Assembly: GCA_016839815.1 (NCBI GenBank)
Contig: JAEOTM010000067.1
Location: 1 to 17,526 of the forward strand
Direction of reading: 5' to 3'
Length of the DNA stretch: 17,526 nt
Origin: Candidatus Hodarchaeota archaeon
GTDB taxonomy: Archaea > Asgardarchaeota > Heimdallarchaeia > Hodarchaeales > Hodarchaeaceae
Positions 1-9,905 of this stretch are shown in pieces. A program made the position numbers and the translations under genes. Numbering within the stretch: position 1 is the first letter of the stretch; every line of letters begins with the position of its first letter. The notes under the pieces were generated by a model. It worked only from the letters and a program-made list of their open reading frames with translations. It had not been told where the DNA came from and searched no databases.

Positions 1-28
1 CAATTCTTGCTCTAGCAAATCCTGCCAT
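1..28 (-). CDS. Archaeal histone paralog, N-terminal fragment only (runs off the left edge)
   Basis: Reverse complement of 1-28 reads ATG GCA GGA TTT GCT AGA GCA AGA ATT G = MAGFARARI, nearly identical to MAGFARARV of the histone at 709-912. Same upstream TTGAGAAAAGGTG RBS block. Not in the ORF track. Confidence 0.85.
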
Positions 29-104
29 TTTTCTTTACACCTTTTCTCAATGTAATTAGTTGTGAGTTGTTGATTTTTCTCACACTAGAAGGGTTTAAAT
101 TCAT

Positions 105-120
105 CCTATATAAATCTTCC
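105..120 (-). promoter_or_regulatory. Putative BRE/TATA promoter of the left histone gene
   Basis: Minus strand GGAAGA-TTTATATA-GG about 79 nt upstream of the ATG at 28. Matched by GGAAGG-CTTAAATA-GG about 80 nt upstream of the other histone. Confidence 0.6.
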
Positions 121-624
121 CTCTGCTGGGTTCAGTGTTGCCAAGCCTTACACCCTATGAGTGATCATGAAGATCATCATAAGCTGACAGAGGTATAAAT
201 GGTTGTGAACATTATTGTTGCATAGATACCTAGGGATGTTGACGTACTTATCCACCTAACTAGTGAGTCATGCATGCTACGAGAATTCATGATGAGCGAT
301 TGGATAATCTGTTAGAAAACCTTTCATGATAAAAACTCTCCTATCCTTCAATTTAATATTTAATGTTCTTGTTAGAAGTGAAGTACTTGTTCCAGTTTGT
401 ACCTCAGCAGAGATTACTCACTGATGTTTGGAGGTTTTATAAAGCGGAAAGTCACTAGCTTCTAACCACATAGTCATCAATATGCGTTAATAGTTAGGAA
501 GTTTATATTATTCCCAACTCCAAGTAAAATAGTCGTGAGAATAGATGTTAATCCATTTGCAGAATGTGGGATATATCACCCAAAAGTTGAAAAAAAGAGT
601 CAAAAAAAGCTGAAAATAAGTCTT

Positions 625-682
625 TTCCAAGGAAAAAAATATCAAAAATAAGAAGAAATGGGAGGAAATAAATTTCCTCCCA
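625..682 (-). terminator. Hairpin plus T-rich tract after the histone gene
   Basis: Inverted repeat TGGGAGGAAAT (659-669) / ATTTCCTCCCA (672-682) lies 26 nt past the stop codon and is followed on the minus strand by TTTCTTCTTATTTTTGATATTTTTTT. Confidence 0.65.
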
Positions 683-708
683 ATCTAAATTCAAGAAACC
701 TGTATTCT

Positions 709-912
709 TTATTTGGTTGATGCGAGTTTAATATCAGATTCTTTGACAGTCTTCCTTCCAGAGTGTTTTGCAATATCAACAGCGTATTTAGCCATATTCA
801 TTGCGTAATCAGTTAACACTTCATTTAGACGATCAATAGCACCAGCAGATACCCTAAAAGCGCCTGCGGTACGAATCAGATTTTCAACTCTTGCACGTGC
901 AAATCCTGCCAT
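709..912 (-). CDS. Archaeal histone (HMfA/HMfB family, 67 aa, no tail)
   Basis: Histone-fold signatures AGAFRVS (G17, R20) and AKHSGRKTVKESDI (H50, R53, T55, D60). RBS AAGGTGA upstream. Confidence 0.95.
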   Translation of the reverse strand: MAGFARARVENLIRTAGAFRVSAGAIDRLNEVLTDYAMNMAKYAVDIAKHSGRKTVKESDIKLASTK

Positions 913-989
913 TTATGTATCACCTTTTCTCAAATGAAAATTTTCGTGGATAGATATTTTCGTTCCACATTGAAGTGATAATTTCTTCT

Positions 990-1005
990 CCTATTTAAGC
1001 CTTCC
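990..1005 (-). promoter_or_regulatory. Putative BRE/TATA promoter of histone 709-912
   Basis: Minus strand GGAAGGCTTAAATAGG, positionally homologous to the element at 105-120. Confidence 0.55.
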
Positions 1006-1183
1006 TTTAGTTGATAAGGTATTTCAAGGTTCGGAAGTCTGTGAATACCTTTTCGGGAGAGGTAAAAAATTTGATAAATGGGAAAATTCGCTATCACTTT
1101 AATGCAAAGTATCTTACAACACAAGTTTTAAGATAAGGAATAATGGACTCTCTAAAAAGCACTATAGTAGGAAATATGAAAGT

Positions 1184-2889
1184 ATGGCAGATTTGCTCCA
1201 ATTCATTTTAATACTCTCCCCTTTTGCCTTGGCGATTTATTTGTTGGTTATAAAACGCCGGAAAGCAGACTCAACAGGAGTTTTAATCTGGTTAATAATA
1301 TCTATACTTGCATTTTTCTTTTCAACTTCAGTTCCCGACATTATGATAATTTCTATTGCTGGGATCATAGATTCATTTAAAATAACGTTAATGGTTGGAA
1401 CATCTATCTTTATGATTACCTACATGGGAGAAGCTGGAGCTTTAAAGCGAATAATCATTTTTATCAAGACCCTAAAGGATCTCATCTTGCATGGCAAATT
1501 TTATTCCTGAATTTTGGTTTTGGATGTTTTCTTGTAGCAATTGGTGCTACACCAGTCTCAATCTTACCACCGATTATGATCGCTCTTGGGTTTCCTCCAG
1601 TTGTAGCTGTAGCTATACCAGCAATTGGATATGACCCATTAACTACTTATGCATTACTTGCTATTCCAGTAGTTGCATTTACAGGTGAAATGAGTGTTCT
1701 ATCAGATCTTGGTATTCTACAATCATCTGCACCTACCCTCCAAGAGGTTGGAATGACTTTCAGTTTATACATGCCCCTGGTATCTACAGGTATCGCAATA
1801 GCTATGCTATATTTAGCAGGTGGAGGGAAAATGATAAAAGATCCTAACTCAATTATTCTAGCTTTATTAACAGGAACCACAGCTGGAGTAATCGCTGTTG
1901 TGTCAAATTATCTTGGTGTAGTCACATTAACAGGTATCCTCTCAGGAATTGCTGTAATTATAGTTCTAGGTCTATATGCCAAATCTCAAGGATACCACAT
2001 TATTAATCGGACGGGTTTATCGGAGGAAGAGAGATTGTTTGAAAAACAGATGTCTTTACGGACAGCTTTCTCACCATGGATACTCTTAATCATTTTTGCT
2101 TGCATAACAAATTTGATTCCATTCGTTTTTCATGTTTTATTTAATGAATTAACTCTTCCAATTCATATAGGTAGTTTTACTGTAAAAACAAGACTTTTTT
2201 GGCAAGCTTATACCTGGGTAATGGTTGCTGTATGTATATCATTCCTTATTATTCCTACTGATAAGGATATCATCAAGAAAACGATTTTAAAAATTAAAAA
2301 ACGCGCTTTTTGTCCAATGATCGCCTCCACGGCATTCTTTGCAGTAGCTTGGATAATGAATAACTCCTCTCCAGAGAATCCATCAACGAATATGATCGCA
2401 ATACTTTCAGAATTTACCTCAACGAATATGGGTTTAATATTTCCTTTATTAGTTCCCCTTATTGGTTTTTTTGGGGGCTTTGTTTCAGGAAGTGAGACTT
2501 CTTCCATTGTAATGTTTACACGTTACCATGTAAAAACAAGTAATTCCCTTGGATTAGATCCTATGACAATTTCTACAGCAAATGGAGTAGGAGGAGGATT
2601 GGCAAGTGTCATAACTCCTGCAAAAGTACAGAATGCCGCAGCTACTATTGACCAAATTGGTATAGAAGGACAGGTGATAAGAAAAACCCTGCGTATCTCT
2701 TTGATGATGATTGCACTATTATCTGGAGTTACACTTCTTTGGGCTGTCACCTTCCCTACAATTGATCTGATACTTGTTTCAATACTAGCACTTATGTATT
2801 TGATTGTACTTACTTTCCTATTCAGTTTTGGCCGTTACTATAAACACAAATCGTTTCAAACACCTATTCCGGATATGACAGACCTGTGA
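1184..2889 (+). pseudogene. lctP: L-lactate permease (LctP/LldP family) split by a single -1 frameshift near 1474-1477 (pseudogene, sequencing error or recoding)
   Basis: ORFs 1184-1510 and 1576-2889 join into one ~568-aa polytopic protein. The -1 frame reads GSHLAWQILFLNFGFGCFLVAIGATPVSILPPIM into the second ORF. LctP-like motifs GGFVSGSETSSIVMF and ANGVGGGLASVITPAKVQNAAA. Confidence 0.8.
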
Positions 2890-4235
2890 CTTTGCGAGAA
2901 AACCGATATGTTATTGGAATTCTTTTTCCATTTATGTATGAAATCGGATTAATTGAAGCTTATCTTTTCTTTATGGCAAAGAGAGTGGAGTTATTTCTCT
3001 TCTTACCAGCACTATTTCTTATATTTCCATCCTATATGTTTTATGTATATAGCCCATATATTATCCTAAAAGTCACAAATGCCGCAGAGAAGTATCACAA
3101 GGAACTATCTGAAGATTTAGACAAAATTTTCTACCTCGATACAATCAATCTTGAACCTGATATAAAGGAAGATCTCAGACAAAATATTCGCTTAATACTT
3201 CTTCCTGAGCTAAAAAATGTATTCAGACGAGGGTATATTAAACCATATTTTACCAGAAATGATGCAATCCCCAATGAAAGACTATGTTCTTTCCGAGAAA
3301 CCCTGTTCTTATTTTCAATATCTTTTGGTTTAATCAATGTAGTTAACACTGCAACGATTGCCTATCTTCACTATTCGTCTATAGACCTAGATTTCCTGTA
3401 CATCGATCAAATCGTAAATCTTCAAAATGTATTATTCTTTGGTTCATTGTTTCTCTCATTTGTTTTAGTGTCAGGTTTCTTATTTTTTCACTCACGCAAG
3501 ATTGTTACTACATTGATCAACCAATTATCTTATAATCTTGTTGTAACAGCTCATAGTGAAACTTTTAAGGATCAATCCAGGCATATAGAGCTTGAATCTC
3601 TTCGAAAATTTCCATTAGAAGATCGTTTGGGTCGTAAATTAGCTAGTAATTGGGATCTTGTATCAAAATTATATTTTGAATTTATCGAATCACCATTAAG
3701 TGAGGAAATTCGTGAATTCTCACAGAGAGAAGTAGCCAAAACCTTGGTTTTGAAACAATATTCCCAAATGCTAAGTAAAATGGATTTGTCACCTGACAAG
3801 CGTAAAGAACTGGAATTACAATTCTATCTTGGACAAGAAATCACGGGAGTTATCGAGGAGCTAGTGTCAACAGAAGAAGAAACCGAATCGATTAAGATAG
3901 ACATCCTTTACACAAGAAAAAAGCTAGAACAGTGGGAAGAAAGTACTAATGATGAACAAATCTCTACATTCCTATTTCTCTGGAGATCCGTTGAATCGCT
4001 CTTTCGTCACGCTCTTTGGAAACGAAATGCTTATCCAAAAGACGATCAATCATGGATTTCAATTGTAAATAGTCTATTACGAGAACGTTTACTGACAGTA
4101 CAAGAAAATAAATCCCTAAAGTTCATTCGACAGCACAGAAATGGTTTATTACACCGGTCTCAAGATCGATATGTCACTAAAGAAGATGTGGAAATTCTTC
4201 TGAAAATTCTGGAAAGAGTGTTGGATCGAGTGTAG
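2886..4235 (+). CDS. Membrane protein (about 4 TM) with helical region and C-terminal HEPN/DUF4145-like domain
   Basis: Two pairs of hydrophobic segments in the first ~200 aa. C-terminal WRSVESLFR followed by RNGLLH (R418-x4-H423). GTG start overlaps the permease TGA; true start uncertain. Confidence 0.65.
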   Translation: MTLRENRYVIGILFPFMYEIGLIEAYLFFMAKRVELFLFLPALFLIFPSYMFYVYSPYIILKVTNAAEKYHKELSEDLDKIFYLDTINLEPDIKEDLRQNIRLILLPELKNVFRRGYIKPYFTRNDAIPNERLCSFRETLFLFSISFGLINVVNTATIAYLHYSSIDLDFLYIDQIVNLQNVLFFGSLFLSFVLVSGFLFFHSRKIVTTLINQLSYNLVVTAHSETFKDQSRHIELESLRKFPLEDRLGRKLASNWDLVSKLYFEFIESPLSEEIREFSQREVAKTLVLKQYSQMLSKMDLSPDKRKELELQFYLGQEITGVIEELVSTEEETESIKIDILYTRKKLEQWEESTNDEQISTFLFLWRSVESLFRHALWKRNAYPKDDQSWISIVNSLLRERLLTVQENKSLKFIRQHRNGLLHRSQDRYVTKEDVEILLKILERVLDRV

Positions 4236-4246
4236 GAAGCAGTTCA

Positions 4247-5053
4247 TTGTCAAACGAAAATAACAGACAATCATGGGATAAACTCAGCGAATATTATCAA
4301 TCTAGCACTGGTATCTCGTTAACAGACATTCATTACGCTCCGTATAGTCCAGGAGAGAAGGATCTCAAAGTAATTGGTGATGTCAGGGGACTGGATGTCA
4401 TCGAACTGGGTTGTGGAGGAGGACAGATAGCAATAGTACTTTCAAAAATGAGAGCAAAGAGTGTAACGGCTTTAGATATTTCAGAACAGCAACTTATTCA
4501 TGCCCAGAAACTCGCAAACAGAGAGAATGTGAGTATTACATTTCAACAAGGTGATATGGAGGATCTCTCAGCGTTTCAGGAGGAATCTTTTGATTTGGTT
4601 ATCTCTATTCACGCTATAAGTTATGTTAGAGATGTTCAGAGAGTCTTCACTGAAATCGGAAGAATTCTCCGTAAAAACGGACGAGTTGTCATTTGTACAA
4701 TCCATCCTCTGCAATATGTCTTATGGGAAGCATTAGAGGAAGACTCTCTAACCAAAATCCAGTCATATTTTAGTAATGAATCCTCCTCATGGGACTGGAT
4801 TGATAATACAAAAACTCCAATTGCTACATTCACTGATAGAGCGCATCGCTATGAGGAATTTGTGAATAGCCTTATAAAGAATGGTATGAAATTAGAAAGA
4901 GTAATTGAACCAAGAGGTTACTCTCTTGACGAATTAAAGAAAATGGACCTTCAGGAAATTCCTTATCACAATCATATGGTCGATGAAAAGTTTACTCGAA
5001 TCAATCAGATTATTCCATTCTCAATAATTTATTCTGCAAAAAAAGAGAAATGA
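4247..5053 (+). CDS. Class I SAM-dependent methyltransferase
   Basis: Motif I VIELGCGGG, acidic beta2 end ALDIS, GDMEDL, FDLVIS and RILRKNG. TTG start. Confidence 0.92.
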   Translation: MSNENNRQSWDKLSEYYQSSTGISLTDIHYAPYSPGEKDLKVIGDVRGLDVIELGCGGGQIAIVLSKMRAKSVTALDISEQQLIHAQKLANRENVSITFQQGDMEDLSAFQEESFDLVISIHAISYVRDVQRVFTEIGRILRKNGRVVICTIHPLQYVLWEALEEDSLTKIQSYFSNESSSWDWIDNTKTPIATFTDRAHRYEEFVNSLIKNGMKLERVIEPRGYSLDELKKMDLQEIPYHNHMVDEKFTRINQIIPFSIIYSAKKEK

Positions 5054-5083
5054 ATTGAAATCTATTCTGTTTCTTAAAATCTT

Positions 5084-7681
5084 CTAGATTTCACTCATAT
5101 CGTATAAAATATAAACTTGTTCGTCCTTATCTTCTCTTATCCAAAAACTATAGTGTTCACCGACCATCGCTGATGCAGCCATTGTATAGATTGCACCAGT
5201 ATTGGCTTCGTTTTTCCTGACTAAGATACGCCACTCAGTATCATTATCGTTATCCCAAACTCGCATAATATAAATCTTCCAATCATTATTGTCTTGGCCT
5301 ATCCAATCATGATAAATTATAGTTCCATTTCTAATATACTTTGTTAAAGTCTGTCCAGTTGTGTTGTCAGTTCCAATTATCTGATAAGTCTGTTTGATGT
5401 TAGAGGTTAATCTTTGTTTAAAGACCACACTAGGTTCGGCATCAGAACGAGTTGTATACCCAATTATGTTTGGATTTGCTGCATCGACGAAAACTGCTCC
5501 TTTTAATTTATCTGCACCATTATTGACATAAATTATAAGAGAAACCCAAATAAGAACTGAACCATTATCAACTGTTGCTTTATAAAGGGTGGGTTGACGA
5601 ACTCGGTAATTTGCTAAGGACTCTCCAGGTTTCAAGGTAAGACTTCTTTCAAATTCGTTTTCTAGATCATCCATCACATCATCAGGGGTATGAACTCCCT
5701 TTAAACCACCCCGTTCATAATGCCGAAGATCAAACATCGTCATGGTAGTGTTTTCAACAGTAATGGCAATGACATTCTCAACATTACTTGTAGTAGTTTT
5801 CCTGTAATAGATTCTCCCAAACCAATTTCCTTCTTTCAGTAAATAGTGATGAGGTCTGAGGTAGTAATCATCTTCCTCAAATCCTGTTTCAAATCCAATA
5901 TCAATAAATCTGTCAGGACTCGTGGGAACTGTAAATAATCCTTTGGAGCTAAAATCAAATTCAAATTCTCCTGTTTGTTGATTTGATCGAATATAATTCC
6001 CAGCACGGTCTGCTGTGGCTATAAAAACGGAATCAGAAATTGCCTCAGGATCAAACTTTGTAGCTTCTTCTACTGTAAGCTTTTCATAACTTCCATCTCC
6101 TTTAATTATTAATACCCCAGCAGGAACTTCAAGCCCCCATTCATTATATTTCGACATTTTCAAGAGCCATACTGGTTCACCAACATCACTAGGATATCTT
6201 CTGTACGGATCAATAAAGGAAATGCCATCATTACCAATGAAAGCGTCGGGCATGATATTCAAGGCTAGGTAGGAGATGTCGTTATAACCATTTAATCCCC
6301 AGCCATATTTCATTTCCTTAAAGTTGATTTCAATGTGTTCAGGGATAGGATCATCTAGAAAAACTCTTACATAACCCGCGATGACATTTGCATCAGGATT
6401 GAATTGTGATTCATACTTCATGGGAATAATCCAAGCAGGTCTTCCGTCAATCATTCCAACCATATCTTTATCATCCATTATGGTTAGAGCATACGGTTTA
6501 GGAGGACTAGAGGGACTTGCTTTAGAGATATCTCGTGCTAAATCACTAGAAACCAGTCTTAAATTTGATAAATTAACTGGAAAATCGTCTATTGGATTAT
6601 CTGCAATTTTGATGTCAGAAAAAGCTGTTTGATGAGTGAAAAAAGTAGGAGTAGTTGAAAAAATGGGTTGTAGGACGGTGAATGAAGTTAAAGTAACCAT
6701 TGAAATGAGAAGAAGACTGTAAAATTTCATCCGATCTTGATCTGAAGGAGTTTTTATCTGAAAACTCATTAAACCAAATTTATCTAGAGGGAAAAATAAA
6801 GTAAATGCAATAATACATAATTCTATTAGAATTAATATGAGCATTATTATTATTGTGAACTCTACAGCTTTCCCAGAATATATTGACTCCCCAAAGTTAT
6901 GAATGCTATTAAGTAAATCATGAATGATTAATAGGAAAGCAAAACCACCAATAAAACTACCAAAAATCCAAAAATACACTCTCGATTTTGTTTCTTCAAA
7001 TTCTCCTGCGTACCTCTTACTATCCTCTACACTACTAAATCGATATTTAATGACCTTTAAGGGAACTAAAACTGTTAAAATCAGGAACAATGTGAAGAAA
7101 ATGTCATTAAACAAACCAAGAAGCAGGGCAGATAAACGATGAACATAACTAATATTCAGCGAACCACTACTCGCAATTATCGACTGGAATAACCATAAAT
7201 CTATTGCAGTACCAGCGATTAAGGGGATCCCACGATTATAAATTTGTGTAAAATCTTGAAAGTTATTATTAAACCAACGAGTTAGTATGTTCCTATCTGA
7301 GCTTCTCTCCAGAGGCTCTTGTGGAGCTGTAAAGAAATCTCGAGCAATAATTATAGCAAAAATGAATACTAAATACCATGGTATTGCATTTAAAGTCATC
7401 ACCAGTGTTCGAAGGAAGATGTGTTCCAGTGAGGGAGTGAATCGTCCTGTATATGAGAATGATAATAGGTACTGGACCATGCTACCAGCAGTAATCAATT
7501 CAATTAGTAACCAGAGTATGTTTACAATAGCTACTCCTAACGTAATCCAAAAAAGTCCAAGTAATCCGCTTTTCAGCCTCTCCTTTTTCGTATCGTGTTT
7601 GAAAAAAGCTTCAGAGATAATTATTGGAATAATCAAGATCACATAGAATGGGAGATTAAGAATCAATAAGATATCTAGCAT
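5084..7681 (-). CDS. Large uncharacterised membrane protein: ~8 N-terminal TM helices plus ~520-aa beta-rich soluble (probably extracytoplasmic) domain
   Basis: 865-aa ORF; hydrophobic segments to about residue 342, then a hydrophilic aromatic/Gly-rich domain. No catalytic motif recognised. Confidence 0.8.
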   Translation of the reverse strand: MLDILLILNLPFYVILIIPIIISEAFFKHDTKKERLKSGLLGLFWITLGVAIVNILWLLIELITAGSMVQYLLSFSYTGRFTPSLEHIFLRTLVMTLNAIPWYLVFIFAIIIARDFFTAPQEPLERSSDRNILTRWFNNNFQDFTQIYNRGIPLIAGTAIDLWLFQSIIASSGSLNISYVHRLSALLLGLFNDIFFTLFLILTVLVPLKVIKYRFSSVEDSKRYAGEFEETKSRVYFWIFGSFIGGFAFLLIIHDLLNSIHNFGESIYSGKAVEFTIIIMLILILIELCIIAFTLFFPLDKFGLMSFQIKTPSDQDRMKFYSLLLISMVTLTSFTVLQPIFSTTPTFFTHQTAFSDIKIADNPIDDFPVNLSNLRLVSSDLARDISKASPSSPPKPYALTIMDDKDMVGMIDGRPAWIIPMKYESQFNPDANVIAGYVRVFLDDPIPEHIEINFKEMKYGWGLNGYNDISYLALNIMPDAFIGNDGISFIDPYRRYPSDVGEPVWLLKMSKYNEWGLEVPAGVLIIKGDGSYEKLTVEEATKFDPEAISDSVFIATADRAGNYIRSNQQTGEFEFDFSSKGLFTVPTSPDRFIDIGFETGFEEDDYYLRPHHYLLKEGNWFGRIYYRKTTTSNVENVIAITVENTTMTMFDLRHYERGGLKGVHTPDDVMDDLENEFERSLTLKPGESLANYRVRQPTLYKATVDNGSVLIWVSLIIYVNNGADKLKGAVFVDAANPNIIGYTTRSDAEPSVVFKQRLTSNIKQTYQIIGTDNTTGQTLTKYIRNGTIIYHDWIGQDNNDWKIYIMRVWDNDNDTEWRILVRKNEANTGAIYTMAASAMVGEHYSFWIREDKDEQVYILYDMSEI

Positions 7682-7827
7682 AAATTTCTGCCTCTATTAA
7701 TTTAGAATTGATCAGAGGTTGGATTTTAAAAACTAATAGGAAATAGATCTGTAAATACTGACTTAAATGATTGTAGTATTTGGGTAATTTCAAAGCCTTG
7801 TAGGCGTATCTGAAAGTAAGTTGACTC

Positions 7828-9099
7828 TTATGATGAAATTCCTAATGAAATGCTCTTCTCACTTTCGCGTCTTCTAATGTAGAATGCAATAAAAACTTGG
7901 ACAATTCCAAAACAACCCGCTATTAAAAAGGGAACTCCACCTCCAAAGAAGGTAAACTGGTCAATAATGATCCAGACTGTTTTGTTTGTATAGAATTCGT
8001 AAATCCCAGCTCCAACCAAAGGGCCAAGTACTGAACCAACATTAAAGGACGACTGAATTCTTCCCATTATTCGTCCTCGTATCATAGGAGGAATTTTATC
8101 AGCTTGAAATGCCCTATATGCTGGAAGATAGGCTTGAAAAGCCATTTGTCGGAATATGAAAAAAACTATAACCATAATTAGAGAGGTACTGATCGCTACT
8201 CCAATAAATCCTAAACCAGCGAAAATCATACCAATGATAACGATATTCATCCGATTTATCTTATCACTCAATCTTCCTGCAGGATAATTTACAAGTAATG
8301 CAGCGGAACCACTTATTGTGAAAACGAATCCTATCGTACCCTCGTCCAGAGAAAAAACATCAGTCATGTACAAAGTGAAGATTGGAATAACTAATCCGAT
8401 TGCGAAACCTGAAATAATACCGACAAGAATAAACGATGACATATAGGGAGTGACAACATTAAAACCTGTTGTTGATCTATCTGATAAATAATTCGCTGGT
8501 TTCTCAACAACTACGTCATTAACAAATAGGATTATAAAAATTGTTGCCATTAAACCTAAGAATCCCGTAAACGCAAACGGAACAATAAATGCGGTAAGAA
8601 TATTCAAGTTAAGAATGTCCTTACCGAACGTAAACAGAAGTCCTCCTAGAGCTGGTCCAATGATAAATCCAAAAGAAAACGTAGTAAAATATTTTCCCAT
8701 CCACGCCCCACGTTCTTCTATAGAAACCGAATCAACCAATAAAGCTTCAGCAGTAGGAAAAGCGGTTCCAGCTGCCGCTCCTTCAATAATTCTTAGAATT
8801 AAAAGTGATTCAAAACTACGAGCAATACCTAAAAGTGCGGTACTAATTGAATAAGTAAATAATGCACCAATTAATATGATCCTCCTTCCTGTTTTGTCCG
8901 AGATTGCTGGGACGATTGCTGCGGATATTGCCCGTGATACCGCAAATATTGAGATTACAATTCCAATCTCGAGGGGACGAAGATTTATTTCATCAGCAAG
9001 TAAGGTAATAAAGATTGCAAGTAATCCAAAACCGATATTAACAATCTGAGAGGCAAAAAGAAGCATATAAGCGTTTTTAACTGACGTAGTTTGAGCCAT
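7828..9099 (-). CDS. MFS transporter (DHA1/TetA-like)
   Basis: 423 aa, ~12 TM. Motif A in both halves (ISDKTGRR, GRLSDKINR), LRIIEG, and motif C-like GFIIGPALGG. Confidence 0.93.
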   Translation of the reverse strand: MAQTTSVKNAYMLLFASQIVNIGFGLLAIFITLLADEINLRPLEIGIVISIFAVSRAISAAIVPAISDKTGRRIILIGALFTYSISTALLGIARSFESLLILRIIEGAAAGTAFPTAEALLVDSVSIEERGAWMGKYFTTFSFGFIIGPALGGLLFTFGKDILNLNILTAFIVPFAFTGFLGLMATIFIILFVNDVVVEKPANYLSDRSTTGFNVVTPYMSSFILVGIISGFAIGLVIPIFTLYMTDVFSLDEGTIGFVFTISGSAALLVNYPAGRLSDKINRMNIVIIGMIFAGLGFIGVAISTSLIMVIVFFIFRQMAFQAYLPAYRAFQADKIPPMIRGRIMGRIQSSFNVGSVLGPLVGAGIYEFYTNKTVWIIIDQFTFFGGGVPFLIAGCFGIVQVFIAFYIRRRESEKSISLGISS

Positions 9100-9262
9100 A
9101 TTTATTCATTCACGTTCTTCTGGGTAAAAAGAGAAAAACACGGTGAATATAAGTACTAAGTGGTAAAATTTACAGAGAACCTACTGAAAGGTCCTCTAAA
9201 CAATCTAAACTGAGTTTCCCTTTAGATAGTTCATGACTTATGAATAATTATAACAAAAGAAT

Positions 9263-9757
9263 TCAGAGTCTCTTTAACGCGCTCCGAAGACGATCTCCTG
9301 AAGTAGGTGTCGTATCAATAGAAATATCAACCTCAACACCAGGTTTAATCTCTAAGATTTTATCGGGAGGAACTTTATGTAATTTTGGAACTAGTTCTTT
9401 CAAAGATGGGACATCTAAGCATCCATACTTCGAACATACAGATGCTATTGTTTTCAACATCGCATTATAAGGGGTAGGATTTGTTTCCTGACTTATTAAA
9501 ACTCCGAAAGCGACAAATGAATCGCGTTTGTCATAACCACTTTCAAATGCTGGGACAAGGAGAAGGACTGAAACAGCTTGGAAATCTTGAATACTCACTG
9601 ATACAAAGTCTCCCTCTTTTCCAGACATAGGGATACATTTCATGGCAATTTCTTTTTTTAATTCATCGGAAAATTGTCTTCCATTTGAAAAAGCGATAGT
9701 ATCGGGACCTAATTTTGTCAATCCAGCAAGAAAAACTCCGAGCAATACATTCACCAA
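9263..9757 (-). CDS. Putative longin/uDENN-like domain protein
   Basis: Hydrophobic beta1 then KLGP turn, a helix ending KCIP, three further strands with a DKRD loop before FVAFGVLI, then helices. Pattern recognition only. Confidence 0.5.
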   Translation of the reverse strand: MVNVLLGVFLAGLTKLGPDTIAFSNGRQFSDELKKEIAMKCIPMSGKEGDFVSVSIQDFQAVSVLLLVPAFESGYDKRDSFVAFGVLISQETNPTPYNAMLKTIASVCSKYGCLDVPSLKELVPKLHKVPPDKILEIKPGVEVDISIDTTPTSGDRLRSALKRL

Positions 9758-9905
9758 TCCTTCAAAGCTATATTGTTTTTTGTAAAAATACTGTTTTAAA
9801 TGATTAAAGTAACTTTAATACTAAAAGAATTCCATATTCATTTAGGATTAATTGAAATACAAAATATCCCTAGAACATAGATTATCAAAGAAAAGGTGAA
9901 AATTC

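Noticed and set aside
121-412. CTCTGCTG / CAGCAGAG inverted repeat as MITE ends
   Set aside because: Only 8 bp perfect, no target-site duplication seen, no transposase; compatible with chance.
930-1124. 64-aa minus-strand ORF upstream of the histone
   Set aside because: Overlaps the histone promoter and leader, TTG start, no recognisable features.
1647-9470. Antisense ORFs 1647-1880, 2208-2507, 2523-2750, 3131-3349, 3572-3799, 4636-4833, 6381-6632, 6924-7142, 7287-7646, 8615-8854 and 9240-9470
   Set aside because: Shadow frames opposite well-supported genes, with no motifs.
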